A DNA stretch of 64,000 nt from an uncultured virus (IMG/VR IMGVR_UViG_3300003860_000003) (taxonomy: Duplodnaviria; Heunggongvirae; Uroviricota; Caudoviricetes): positions 1 to 64,000 of IMG/VR virus record IMGVR_UViG_3300003860_000003. One strand, given 5' to 3'. The notes beneath the pieces were generated by a model that was given only the letters and a program-made list of their open reading frames with translations, did not search any database and was not told the DNA's origin. The position numbers and the translations under genes are program-made. This document shows, in pieces, positions 48,486 to 58,840 of this stretch. Each line of letters starts with the position of its first letter. Position 1 is the stretch's first letter.

Positions 48486-48675
48486 AAAAATGAATGAATT
48501 AACTTGTCCCATTTGTAATTATATATTTGAAGTTGAAGATTACGATTCAGGAGATTGCCCGAATTGCAAAAATGCATATTATTATTGGGATTATGTTTTA
48601 GATGAAGAAACATATGAAGAATATCTTTCTGGATTTGATTGGGAAATATACAAAGAAAATGAAACCAAAGGATAA
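48475..48675 (+). CDS. small zinc-ribbon protein
   Basis: CPIC...CPNC. Confidence 0.65.
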   Translation: MMNKKMNELTCPICNYIFEVEDYDSGDCPNCKNAYYYWDYVLDEETYEEYLSGFDWEIYKENETKG

Positions 48676-48820
48676 AGAAGATAATGAATATTTAATGTCT
48701 CTTGAAATTGAAATGCTTCAAGAGTTTATCTATGAGATGAATTTATCTCAATTAGAAAAACTATCTTCATATGCAGTGAAACTATTAAAAGATAAAAGAT
48801 ATAAAAAATAAATAAAAACT

Positions 48821-49522
48821 ATGAAAGTAAAAGATATCAGAAATCAATTCGTTAAAAAATATAAAGAACAAAAATTTGAAACTGATAAATTTGGTGGAAA
48901 AGTTATTGATCTTATATGTGCACAATTTATAGCAGATGAATCATATATATTTGGAAAAACTAATGAAGAATATGTAAAAAATGAACTTGATTGGTATTTA
49001 TCTCAATCTTTGAATGTTAATGATATAAAAAATACGCCTACAATATGGAAAAACGTCGCAGACCCAAGCGGATTTATAAATTCTAATTATGGTTGGTGTG
49101 TTTTTTCAAAAGAAAATGGTTATCAATATAAAAATTGTTTAACAGAATTAACACAACAAAAAAGTTCAAGACGAGGTGTAATGATTTATAATCGTCCTAC
49201 TATGTGGGAAGATTATAATAAAAATAATAAAAATGATTTTATGTGTACTTATGCTGTTCAATTTTTGATTAGAAATAATATTTTATATTCTTATGTGTTA
49301 ATGAGATCTAATGATGCATGGGCAGGCTATAGAAATGATTACGCATGGCATAAATATATCTTAGACAAATTGGGTGATGATTTACATATAAATAAAAGAG
49401 CAATTATATGGAATAGTGGAAGTTTACATTTATATGAAAAACAATTTTATTTACTTGAACATTATATAGAAACTGGTAATGCCTGTATAACTCGAAAAGA
49501 TTTTTTAAAATATAATGTATAA
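48821..49522 (+). CDS. dCMP hydroxymethylase (T4 gp42-like, thymidylate synthase fold)
   Basis: ELDWY.SQ, INSNYGW, SRRGVMIYNRP.M, DFMCT, MRSND..GYRND, GSLHLYE; Asp in RND indicates dCMP specificity. Confidence 0.88.
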   Translation: MKVKDIRNQFVKKYKEQKFETDKFGGKVIDLICAQFIADESYIFGKTNEEYVKNELDWYLSQSLNVNDIKNTPTIWKNVADPSGFINSNYGWCVFSKENGYQYKNCLTELTQQKSSRRGVMIYNRPTMWEDYNKNNKNDFMCTYAVQFLIRNNILYSYVLMRSNDAWAGYRNDYAWHKYILDKLGDDLHINKRAIIWNSGSLHLYEKQFYLLEHYIETGNACITRKDFLKYNV

Positions 49523-49528
49523 TAGCTA

Positions 49529-50194
49529 ATGATTAATGATGATTGTGGGTTTGTCTACGAATGGACAAATAATATAAATGGAAAAAAATATATAGGATCA
49601 CATCTTGGAGATGTTCAAGATAATTATATAGGATCAGGAACTGTGTTTATAAATGCTATTAAAAAATACGGAGTTGATAATTTTGAAAGAAAAATACTTT
49701 ATATAGGAAATAAATTTAGAGAAATAGAAGATAAAACATTAAAAGAAGTAGATGCCAAAAATAATCCATTATATTATAATTTAAAAAATGATGCAGTAGG
49801 CGGTGCGTTTTTTGGAGAAGATAATGGCATGTTTGGAAAAAAACATTCAAATGAAACGTTAATTAAAATGTCTGAAACATTAAAATCTAATTATACCGAA
49901 GAAAGAAAAATTAAGCATTCTAATGATATAAAAGGAGAAAAAAATGGAATGTATGGTAAAAATTATCAATCGTATGGAATTGTTAAACGTGCAAAAGAAA
50001 ATACTGGTAAAACATATGAAGAAATATTTGGAATAGAACGAGCTAAAAAAATTAAAGATGAAATGTCTTTAAAAAGAAAAGGAAAACCTAAAAATTTTAA
50101 AACACTAATATGCCCATATTGTAATTTAATAGGTAGAGGCCCAAATATGATAAGATATCATTTTATAAATTGCAAATTTAAAACTGATAAATAA
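49529..50194 (+). mobile_element. GIY-YIG (Seg-like) free-standing endonuclease with NUMOD3
   Basis: FVYEWTN.INGKKYIGSH, YIGSG, YYNL, NGMFGKKHS. Confidence 0.9.
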
Positions 50195-50220
50195 ATTACT
50201 AATATAAAATAAAAAAGAAT

Positions 50221-50883
50221 ATGAAAAAAGATTTATGCGAACTTATTGTTGTTATTGATGAATCAGGTTCAATGGGATCAGTTAGAAACGATACTATTGG
50301 AGGATTTAATACTTTTCTTGAAACACATCAAAAAATGCCAGGTGAAGCAAAGCTCACACTTGTTAAATTTGATACTAAATATGATATAGTTCATAACGGT
50401 CTTGATATTCAAAAAACACCTCCTTTAAATTCAAAAACTTATTCTCCAAGCGGTATGACTGCTCTTCTTGACGCAGTTGGAAAAACAATTGATGCAGTTG
50501 GAAAAAGACTTGATGCTACTCCCGAAGAAGAAAAACCAGAAAAAGTTATAATGGTTATTATGACTGATGGTGAAGAAAATTCATCTCGTGAATATAAAAT
50601 CGAAGATGTTAAAAGAAAAATGAAACATCAACAAGATGTATACAAATGGGATGTTGTATTTATGGGAGCTGATCAAGATGCTTGGGCGGCAGGTGGAGGA
50701 ATGGGTGTATCTAATAATGTAAATTATACAGTAAAAGATACTGGAAAAATGTTCAAAGCAGCTGCATATTATTCATCAAATTCAAGAGGTTTTAGTAGTA
50801 ATACTTCAATGGATAATTTTTCTTTATCAGAAGATGATTTAGATAAAGAACTTAATAAAATTAAAGATACGCCAAAACAATAA
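50221..50883 (+). CDS. von Willebrand factor A domain protein
   Basis: MIDAS DESGSM, TALLDA, MTDGEEN. Confidence 0.9.
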   Translation: MKKDLCELIVVIDESGSMGSVRNDTIGGFNTFLETHQKMPGEAKLTLVKFDTKYDIVHNGLDIQKTPPLNSKTYSPSGMTALLDAVGKTIDAVGKRLDATPEEEKPEKVIMVIMTDGEENSSREYKIEDVKRKMKHQQDVYKWDVVFMGADQDAWAAGGGMGVSNNVNYTVKDTGKMFKAAAYYSSNSRGFSSNTSMDNFSLSEDDLDKELNKIKDTPKQ

Positions 50884-50887
50884 TATT

Positions 50888-51274
50888 ATGACAAAAGACA
50901 ATCTAGATTGGACACACACAGGTATAAAAATCACAGATATACGTAAATTAAATAGACTATATGTTATAACTATTAGCGAATTTTCAATTACACCAGTAGA
51001 ACATCCGTTATTTGTTAAAGATGTAATTTTTGAAGAAAGATTAAAATCATATTTTCTTAAAGATGCATATAAAGTTACTAGAGAAGAAATACTTTCTGTT
51101 AATTGGAATATGTATATTACTAAAAATTATTATATTAAAATAAATGATGATGGAAGTGTATCTAAATTTGAACACGATTTAAATAAATGGTATGTATCTT
51201 ATTTAGAAATAGATGGAAAACTTGGAACTTTTGCATCAATTTACAGAGATAAAAATATTAAAGAAAAAGAATGA
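50888..51274 (+). CDS. hypothetical protein
   Basis: in-operon ORF. Confidence 0.65.
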   Translation: MTKDNLDWTHTGIKITDIRKLNRLYVITISEFSITPVEHPLFVKDVIFEERLKSYFLKDAYKVTREEILSVNWNMYITKNYYIKINDDGSVSKFEHDLNKWYVSYLEIDGKLGTFASIYRDKNIKEKE

Positions 51275-51918
51275 ATTATCAAAAAATATATAAATCTATA
51301 ATTCAAAATTCAAAATCAGAAAATAGATTAAAAGAAACAAGTGTATATTATGAAAATCATCATATATTACCAAAATGTTTAGGGGGTAATGATAATGAAG
51401 AAAATAAAGTTTTATTAACAGCTAAAGAACACTTTATTTGTCATAAATTATTAACATATATTTATAATGAAAATCGAAAAATTGCATACGCCTTTCTTAG
51501 AATGGCATCTAGTAAAAAACTGAAATATAATATATCAGCAAAAGATTATGAATATGCTATTGAAAAAATTAAAAGTATACCCATGACTGAAGAACAACGA
51601 AAAAATATAAGCGAAAAAACAAAATTAGCAATGAAAAGAATAGAAGTAATAGAAAAAATGCAAAAACCTCATACAGAAGAACACAAAATTAAAAATAGTA
51701 AATCACATATTGGTAAAATAGCATCTATTGAAACAAAAGAAAAAATGAGTAAAAAAAGAAAAGGAAAAAATTCAGGGTATAAAGGGAAAAGTTCTTCAAT
51801 AGAAACTAGACAAAAAATAAGTATAGGAAATAAAAATAAAACAGTATCATTAGAATCAAGATTAAAAATAACAGAAGGATTAAAAAAATATTGGAAACTT
51901 AAAAAACAAAACTTATGA
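51271..51918 (+). mobile_element. free-standing HNH endonuclease with NUMOD3-like tail
   Basis: YENHHILPKCLGG...LLTAKEHFICH; paralog of 37389. Confidence 0.9.
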
Positions 51919-52286
51919 AAATACATTTAATTTGTCCCGTAAGAGGTGTAACAGATGATCAACAACAAGAAATAGATACTTATGTTGAATTATTAAAAGG
52001 AGAAGGCCATACTGTTCATAATCCCAAATACGCTGTCGATCAAACTGATCCAACTGGCTATTTTATTTGTAGAAAACATATGGAATTTATGCAACAAGCT
52101 GATAGAGTTGATATTTTCTGGGATGTAAATAGTAAAGGATCTCACTTCGATTTAGGTATGGCATTTGCGATGTCAAAACCCGTTAAACTTGTTAAATTAT
52201 ATACTCCTGATACTGAAGAAAAATCATACGTAAAAGTAATTAAAGAAATGGAAAATAGAAATTCTTATCCTGTTCAAGAAAATTAA
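51915..52286 (+). CDS. nucleoside 2-deoxyribosyltransferase-like protein
   Basis: V.NP...DQ, AD.V, SKGSHFDLGMAFA..KP. Confidence 0.65.
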   Translation: MKIHLICPVRGVTDDQQQEIDTYVELLKGEGHTVHNPKYAVDQTDPTGYFICRKHMEFMQQADRVDIFWDVNSKGSHFDLGMAFAMSKPVKLVKLYTPDTEEKSYVKVIKEMENRNSYPVQEN

Positions 52287-52301
52287 AATTAAATTATAAA
52301 A

Positions 52302-52637
52302 ATGGACACATCAAATCAAAAACCCCCATCAGCTCAGATTAAACTTACGCCTGATATGATGAAAGCTTTTAAAACTCTGACCTGTGATTGTGGGGGACAA
52401 TTATTTAAACCGGGCATAGTATTTAAAAAAGTATCTGCTCTTATTGCTCCATCTGGAAACGAAGAATTATATCCTTTAGAAGTTATAATTTGTCAAAAAT
52501 GTGGAAAAGTTCCTAATGAATTAAATCCACAAGGAGTATTACCAGAATCAGTATTGGCTGAAAAACAAGAAGAATTTAAACTTCAAGAACCAAATGAAAA
52601 AAGAATGCCACCAACTAGTAATTTAAAAATAACTTAA
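52302..52637 (+). CDS. hypothetical zinc-binding protein
   Basis: CDCGG...CQKCG. Confidence 0.7.
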   Translation: MDTSNQKPPSAQIKLTPDMMKAFKTLTCDCGGQLFKPGIVFKKVSALIAPSGNEELYPLEVIICQKCGKVPNELNPQGVLPESVLAEKQEEFKLQEPNEKRMPPTSNLKIT

Positions 52638-52649
52638 ATAATTAAAAAC

Positions 52650-52847
52650 ATGAACCAATATTACAAAGCAACAGTAAAAATGTCTTTTGAAGACAAAAAA
52701 GGAAACTTGAAATATAGGAAAGATTCTTATATTGTATTTGCAATGTCTCCTACTGATGTTGAAGCAAAAATTGCTAAACATTTAGGAGTTGAAGATTATG
52801 AAATTGTAGGAATTAATACTACAAATATTGCAGATATAATTAAGTAA
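52650..52847 (+). CDS. DUF4494-like small protein
   Basis: Y...VK...D.KG..K...Y.V.A.S.T..E pattern. Confidence 0.55.
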   Translation: MNQYYKATVKMSFEDKKGNLKYRKDSYIVFAMSPTDVEAKIAKHLGVEDYEIVGINTTNIADIIK

Positions 52848-52862
52848 TTAACCATGAATAAA

Positions 52863-52900
52863 ATAACATCACTTATTAATAATAACATAAGTGATGTTAT
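52863..52900. repeat. perfect 14-bp inverted repeat
   Basis: ATAACATCACTTAT-N10-ATAAGTGATGTTAT, intergenic. Confidence 0.8.
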
Positions 52901-53004
52901 CGTTATGATTTTTTGATATTATCCTTACCGTGAAACTCTTAAATTCTCAATAATATATAAAATAAAATAAAACAATTTTATTGTTTAATTTAAAATTATT
53001 TATA

Positions 53005-53364
53005 ATGGGAATGGGAAGTTATAATAAATCTAAATTTGTTTTTTCAGAAACATTTAATAATACTACTGGAAAAACTTCAGGAAGTGGATTTGCTGGAATA
53101 ATACTTGTATTGGTGGGTGCAGCATCATTTATTGCAGCAATGGTAGGATGGTTCATAGAAAAACCAGATGTTATAGAGGTAATGGGTAAAATAATAATAC
53201 TTTTATCTCTTGCAAGTGCTTTATTAGGATTAAGAAAATTTGTGGGTTCTAAAGATAGTGTTGTAGTAGATCCAGAACCTCAACCAGATGATAATAGCAC
53301 AGATGTTGTTATAGTAGGTTCAAAAAAACCAAATGAAAAACCAGATGAAAAACCTAAAGGATAA
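53005..53364 (+). CDS. two-TM membrane protein (holin-like topology)
   Basis: two hydrophobic helices and a charged tail; late-type promoter at 52951-52961. Confidence 0.6.
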   Translation: MGMGSYNKSKFVFSETFNNTTGKTSGSGFAGIILVLVGAASFIAAMVGWFIEKPDVIEVMGKIIILLSLASALLGLRKFVGSKDSVVVDPEPQPDDNSTDVVIVGSKKPNEKPDEKPKG

Positions 53365-53369
53365 TATTT

Positions 53370-53708
53370 ATGCCACATAATTTTGATTTTTCAGAACTTA
53401 TAAACATAAAAACTATTGAAATTAATCCCGAAGGATGGGTAACTCCGCTGTATGTAGAATATGGAATATTTGATAAAAATCCTTTAACTGATATATTACA
53501 TTATTATTGGAGAGTTAGAGGAACTTTACATACATTCACAATTCCCGTATCTAGAATAGATTATTTAAGTTCAGGTGACTATAAAAAATTTTTTGAATAT
53601 GTGTTGGAAAATTTTCGGGAAGATTATATTTCGTGGAAAGACGAAGGATTCATTACTGATTGGTCTAGAGAATATCAAGAACAATACTCAAGATTCATCA
53701 TTGTATGA
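53370..53708 (+). CDS. hypothetical protein
   Basis: in-operon ORF. Confidence 0.65.
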   Translation: MPHNFDFSELINIKTIEINPEGWVTPLYVEYGIFDKNPLTDILHYYWRVRGTLHTFTIPVSRIDYLSSGDYKKFFEYVLENFREDYISWKDEGFITDWSREYQEQYSRFIIV

Positions 53709-53755
53709 TATGCAAATAAAACGCATAAAAAATGTAACAATTAAAAATAAAGAAA

Positions 53756-54454
53756 ATGAACAACGATAAACGTTATTTTCAATGGATTGCAGGAGATCAA
53801 AAAGGTCAAATACAAATATTTGATAGAGTTGAACAAGATGAAGAAAATGTGTATATAGTTTTTAAGGATAGCTCAAGAATAAATGAATCTTTTGTTGCAG
53901 AATTAAACAAAACTGATCTTACTGGAAAATTAATGGCAGAAATAGATCATCCTAATAACTGTTGGCAGTTTAAAGAAGAATGGGTTGGAAGAGAAGAAGA
54001 AGTATGGGAAACTAATGCCGATGGAGAAAAAGTTTGTGTTCAACCATTTGTTCCAGGTAAAAAAATTATAAGATTAACTCCTCCTAAAAAATCTGCACCA
54101 CGAGCTTCTAATTTTGGAAATATATCAAATCCAATATCGCCTCCGCCTATTCCTCCTGAATTTCGTACAATTGAAAACTCTAGCTCAGCAGATACTTCAG
54201 ATCCAATATACATTTTAATGTCAAAAAGTAAAAAAGTTGATAGCGAAATTTTTATGAATTTGACTATTTCATTACCACCTAAAAATTTATACAATATTGC
54301 TAAAGAATCCTTTGATGATGGCGACAAAAAATTTGTGGAATATATAATACAAAATATAACTGTTAAAGAAATAAAAGATGCATTAAAAACAGCTATAACA
54401 GATATGTATGAAACTCAATCTAATAGTATAAATGGCAATATACTACAAGTATAA
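53756..54454 (+). CDS. hypothetical protein
   Basis: long ORF with Pro-rich linker. Confidence 0.7.
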   Translation: MNNDKRYFQWIAGDQKGQIQIFDRVEQDEENVYIVFKDSSRINESFVAELNKTDLTGKLMAEIDHPNNCWQFKEEWVGREEEVWETNADGEKVCVQPFVPGKKIIRLTPPKKSAPRASNFGNISNPISPPPIPPEFRTIENSSSADTSDPIYILMSKSKKVDSEIFMNLTISLPPKNLYNIAKESFDDGDKKFVEYIIQNITVKEIKDALKTAITDMYETQSNSINGNILQV

Positions 54455-54466
54455 AAATAATTAGTT

Positions 54467-55024
54467 ATGATGGAAAACAAAAAAATAGAACGTAAAACTG
54501 TACTTGAGGGTAAATTTGAAGATGTAGTCTCTATAGACGAACACTTCTTTTTAATCTCAAAGAAACATCGTGCTGCAGTATTACCTTATACTATTGATTC
54601 TAAAGGTTTACTTGATAAAGTAGGAGTAGTTAAAGATTATAATTATATTTTTGAAGACTATGATTATACTCTTATAAATGGATATATTTCTCAAGATGAT
54701 GGCACTAATTTAGTTGCAGCAAATAGAGTATTATTTGAAGTTATAGGAATGAATCTTACAAATGCAGATGATTGGATGTATTTAGGCAGTCTTTATAATA
54801 ATTTAACTTCAGATTCTCCTATAGATTTATATTGTGTAGATTTAACTGCAAAAGGTATAAAAGAAACAGAAGAAATAGAAACTACAAAAAATAAGGCGCA
54901 ATTTAAAATGATTGATTCTAGTTACGTTATAACATCTGATGATACATTGTTACTTGCAGGTTACTTAAGATTATTTAATTATTTCTATATTAATAGTTTG
55001 GAAAATAAAACATATTCAAAATAA
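54467..55024 (+). CDS. degenerate Nudix-fold-like protein
   Basis: G....D.T...AA.R.L.E..G resembles a decayed Nudix box. Confidence 0.45.
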   Translation: MMENKKIERKTVLEGKFEDVVSIDEHFFLISKKHRAAVLPYTIDSKGLLDKVGVVKDYNYIFEDYDYTLINGYISQDDGTNLVAANRVLFEVIGMNLTNADDWMYLGSLYNNLTSDSPIDLYCVDLTAKGIKETEEIETTKNKAQFKMIDSSYVITSDDTLLLAGYLRLFNYFYINSLENKTYSK

Positions 55025-55045
55025 TATTTATTAAAAATTAAAATT

Positions 55046-55330
55046 ATGAATAGAAGAGAAAGACGTCAAATGTCACACAATTTAGGTATTATTCAATATC
55101 AACAAAAACTTCCAAGAGAAAAGAAATTTGATTTAATACGAGAAAATATAATACAAGGCAAACAACGTGAAAAAGAAGTTGCTGAAGAAATTAGAAAACA
55201 AACTAATGCATTTTTAGAAGAAAAAGAATCTAGTATTATTCATTCATTAGCAGAAGATATTGCAAAAAGAAAAAAAATTCCAATAATGGATGCATTAGAA
55301 GAAGCAAGAAAAGAATATCTTCAAAGTTAA
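55046..55330 (+). CDS. hypothetical protein
   Basis: MNRRERR start typical of small phage proteins. Confidence 0.7.
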   Translation: MNRRERRQMSHNLGIIQYQQKLPREKKFDLIRENIIQGKQREKEVAEEIRKQTNAFLEEKESSIIHSLAEDIAKRKKIPIMDALEEARKEYLQS

Positions 55331-55347
55331 ACTTAAATTAAAAAAGA

Positions 55348-55797
55348 TTGAAATTTTACGTAACTATAGAAGGAACTACAAAACTTAAACGATCATTCCT
55401 TAATTTAAAATTGTTTTCAGTAATTTATATTCCTGAAGTATTAGAACAATTTGGATATACATATTCTATGATTGATAATTATGGGTCGTTTATTATAAGT
55501 AATCATATAACTAATTTGATACGAATGCATGCTAAATCTAAACGAATAAGAGGCATAATATATTCAAATCCGGAAATAAACGAAAATATTATAAATAATT
55601 TATTTGAAACTATTGCAGAAATAGATACTATAAATGAAGTTGTTTTATTAGATGATTATAATATTCCTAAATTAGAATATTTGTATCCAGTTTTTGATGA
55701 AATTGTATTTTTCCCATCAATTAAAAAAATTAGACTCATTGAGTGTAGATCTATAATAAATACTATAGAAAAAATAAATAAAGAAATTAAAACATAA
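55348..55797 (+). CDS. hypothetical protein
   Basis: TTG start, in-operon. Confidence 0.65.
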   Translation: MKFYVTIEGTTKLKRSFLNLKLFSVIYIPEVLEQFGYTYSMIDNYGSFIISNHITNLIRMHAKSKRIRGIIYSNPEINENIINNLFETIAEIDTINEVVLLDDYNIPKLEYLYPVFDEIVFFPSIKKIRLIECRSIINTIEKINKEIKT

Positions 55798-55822
55798 TAA
55801 TTTGTTTTTAATTTTATATCTT

Positions 55823-55850
55823 AAACCTGATCAATGCGATCAGGTTTTTT
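55823..55850 (+). terminator. intrinsic terminator
   Basis: AAACCTGATC-AATGC-GATCAGGTTT-TTT. Confidence 0.85.
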
Positions 55851-55854
55851 GTTT

Positions 55855-55865
55855 GAATATATAAA
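55855..55865 (+). promoter_or_regulatory. putative late promoter
   Basis: GAATATATAAA directly after the terminator and before structural genes. Confidence 0.65.
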
Positions 55866-55880
55866 TTAAAAAGAATTAAT

Positions 55881-58241
55881 ATGGCAAAGGAAACTGCAGC
55901 AGAAATATTCGAAAGATGGAGAGCAAAAGCCGAAGCATGGATGGGATGGTTAGATTTAGCACAAAATAATGCATGCATAAGAGATGCGGTGGCAGCTACT
56001 TATGTAGCAGATAAAACTGCATTAGATAAAGCAGGAGATCTTAATATTCACGGGCAATATGTATATAAAAATTTTCAGAAAACAGAAAATGCTCATATGT
56101 ATGATGCTGCTAATTATGTATGGGTAGAAGGCTTACATACTCAAATATTAATGAGATGCGCAGGAATTGAAGCGGCTAAACCAGGATTAGATAATATCGA
56201 AACTTCTCATGATACAGATATAAATTATACAAATAACGTAGGTCCTAGTCCTTTTGATAGAAGATTAGATAGAATAGAAGAACAAATGGCTAATGATGGA
56301 TTACATGCTAAATTATATACTCCATTTTCTTCAGAATTTAAAGAAGTTACAAGTTCAGGATATCTTATGAGCAATGAAACTATTCGTACTCTTCCTGATG
56401 AAGCTACAAAAAATAAATTATTAACAGTAAGAGACACATTATATAATAAGCTTAAAGCAGATGATTTTTATTACGGTGTTCCAGCTTTACAAAACACTTA
56501 TGCGCTTATAAGATTATATGGATCTAACGCTGGATCAAAATTAATAAATCAAAAAAATGAAAGAAGATGGTATGAAGTTGATACTTCTCCTCAACAAGCA
56601 TATAATTATGCAAGTACACCAACTACATCAGCATTAATAGATTGGGGAAATGGAGATCCTTATGGGAGAACTCCTTATCATTTTACAGATTTTGTTTTTG
56701 CAAAATATTGGAATAAAATTGCAAATAATAGATTAATTACTCTTAGAAGATATCCTGCGCCGATATTAGATAATTTAAAATTTCCAGGAATGAAAGGCGG
56801 CGCAAATTATGGATCTACTAGTTCAGATATAAATGAAGACAGAGGAACTTCATCAGATGAAACTACAGAATTTGCACCAATGGCTTCTGCAATAACTTAT
56901 TTAGGAGGCGATACAGGAAACAGTTTAAATAATTTATTAAAATTTACAACGGGAGTTTTATGGGAACCTGTTCAAGCAGCTATATGGGAAGTTACTGCTG
57001 ATTCTGTACCTAGTAGTACAGATGGATTGGGTAAAATTTTTCCAGCAATGGCTAATATGGCTAAATTATTAGATGTAGCTACTGGAAATTTTGATCCAAC
57101 AGTAGCACAAAATGATGGACAATTACCGCCAGATCCATATAAAGATGGCCCATTTGAAAATAGAATACAAGGTCCTATAAATAGAATTGATGCAGTAACA
57201 AAACGTAAACCTGGTATGAAATTTGAAATGGATACTTTAAATCTTACGTTTGAATACGTTGCAAGACCTGTAGGTGGAATTAATCCTAAAGCTGTTTTGC
57301 TTGATATTTTATCCAATTTCTTAGTAATAGGATCTGCAAGTGCTGTATTCTTTGGGGGAGCTCATAGATTTATGGCAGCTCCCGCAGCTCACCCATTAAT
57401 AGGATCATCAAATATGCTTTATAAAGGTGATGTTTTAGGATACTCAAAAAGTGTTATTCAAAAATTTACAGGAGATGGAGGTAGTGGTACAGCTAATGCA
57501 GCATTTGATAGTATTTGGAAAACTGCTAAAATGGTTTTTAGTCAATTGTTTAGTGGAGAAAAAGGAAGTGGATTCGGCGCATTTACTTCATTATTTACCG
57601 GTGCTGGAGAAAATTTAATAAAAAATGCATTTGCACATAGAACTGCTGGTCAAGTTCCTTATTTAAGTGGTCTTAAAGCAATTTTAACAGGAGAGCCTGT
57701 AGGAGAATGGCACATTACTATTGGTAATCCTTTAAATCCTATAGCAATGATAGGAAATTTAGTTTGTGACGGTGTTACAGTTGAATTCAATGATGAACTT
57801 GGGCCAGATGATTTTCCAACAGAAATTAAAATAATAGTTAGTCTAAAACATGCTATGGCTAGAGATAAAGATGCTATTGAATCTATGTTTAATCGTGGTA
57901 TGGGTAGAATATATAATCTTCCTGATTCATTAGGTTCTTCTGATTATGAAACAGTAGTTGATGCAGCTACAGGAAAGGATAAAGGAGAATTACGATACAT
58001 AGGAAGTATGCCAAAAGGAAGAATGGGTGTTTTATATCAACAAGGAATGGATAGCCGTAATATTCCTAAAAGTCAATTAGAAGCACGCCCAAATGTATTA
58101 GCAGGAAGTGTAAGTGTATGGAATAGAGAAGCTTTTAGAATAGGTATATCAGAAAATTCTAATGCTACTCTTAGTCAAAATGAATTATTTAAAAGTTCTT
58201 ATCGAACTTCTAAATGGATTGCTAAGAAAGCTCATTCATAA
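55881..58241 (+). CDS. large putative virion structural (baseplate/tail) protein
   Basis: late promoter; Gly/Ala-rich; directly upstream of a gp53-like gene. Confidence 0.55.
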   Translation: MAKETAAEIFERWRAKAEAWMGWLDLAQNNACIRDAVAATYVADKTALDKAGDLNIHGQYVYKNFQKTENAHMYDAANYVWVEGLHTQILMRCAGIEAAKPGLDNIETSHDTDINYTNNVGPSPFDRRLDRIEEQMANDGLHAKLYTPFSSEFKEVTSSGYLMSNETIRTLPDEATKNKLLTVRDTLYNKLKADDFYYGVPALQNTYALIRLYGSNAGSKLINQKNERRWYEVDTSPQQAYNYASTPTTSALIDWGNGDPYGRTPYHFTDFVFAKYWNKIANNRLITLRRYPAPILDNLKFPGMKGGANYGSTSSDINEDRGTSSDETTEFAPMASAITYLGGDTGNSLNNLLKFTTGVLWEPVQAAIWEVTADSVPSSTDGLGKIFPAMANMAKLLDVATGNFDPTVAQNDGQLPPDPYKDGPFENRIQGPINRIDAVTKRKPGMKFEMDTLNLTFEYVARPVGGINPKAVLLDILSNFLVIGSASAVFFGGAHRFMAAPAAHPLIGSSNMLYKGDVLGYSKSVIQKFTGDGGSGTANAAFDSIWKTAKMVFSQLFSGEKGSGFGAFTSLFTGAGENLIKNAFAHRTAGQVPYLSGLKAILTGEPVGEWHITIGNPLNPIAMIGNLVCDGVTVEFNDELGPDDFPTEIKIIVSLKHAMARDKDAIESMFNRGMGRIYNLPDSLGSSDYETVVDAATGKDKGELRYIGSMPKGRMGVLYQQGMDSRNIPKSQLEARPNVLAGSVSVWNREAFRIGISENSNATLSQNELFKSSYRTSKWIAKKAHS

Positions 58242-58258
58242 AATAATAAAATATAATT

Positions 58259-58840
58259 ATGTTTTTAAATAGTCTTGACACAAAACCGAAATTTACTAGA
58301 CCCGATGGAATAGAAATTAAAGATTTAACTGCATCTATGTTTGATCTTAAATCTCAAAATTATGTAGCGTATAATATTTATAAAGTTCCAAAACAATTTG
58401 CAATGAGACCAGATTTAATTTCAGCAGCAGTTTATAATAATACTTTATATGCAGAAGTTATTTTAAAATATAACGGAATTTCAAACCCTTTTTCTATAGC
58501 AGAAAATGATTTAATTTTAATTCCTAATTTAGATTCTGTAAAGACTATGATATCTTCTCAACAAGGTACCGGAGTTGATGGAGCTAAACTTATAAGAGAT
58601 AGTTATAAATATATAGATCCTACAAAAATACCAAAACAAAATAATGATTTTCAAGATAGACAAATTGTAAGTGGTGCTCCTGAGGGCGCATTGCCACCAA
58701 ATATTGCAGAAGAAGGAGAAACTCAAATAACATATAGAAACGGTAGAGTACATTTTGGAGCAGGCACAGATACATGTTTACAAAATGGAATGACAACTAG
58801 TGAATTTTTAATTAATGCAATAAAAAGTAAAAATACGTAA
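58259..58840 (+). CDS. baseplate wedge protein (T4 gp53/LysM-like)
   Basis: RPDLIS..VY......ILKYNGISNPF....LILIP. Confidence 0.75.
   Translation: MFLNSLDTKPKFTRPDGIEIKDLTASMFDLKSQNYVAYNIYKVPKQFAMRPDLISAAVYNNTLYAEVILKYNGISNPFSIAENDLILIPNLDSVKTMISSQQGTGVDGAKLIRDSYKYIDPTKIPKQNNDFQDRQIVSGAPEGALPPNIAEEGETQITYRNGRVHFGAGTDTCLQNGMTTSEFLINAIKSKNT

Noticed and set aside
49529..51918. Terminal duplications around the GIY-YIG and second HNH genes
   Set aside because: No duplicated host gene ends found; they look like ordinary intergenic insertions
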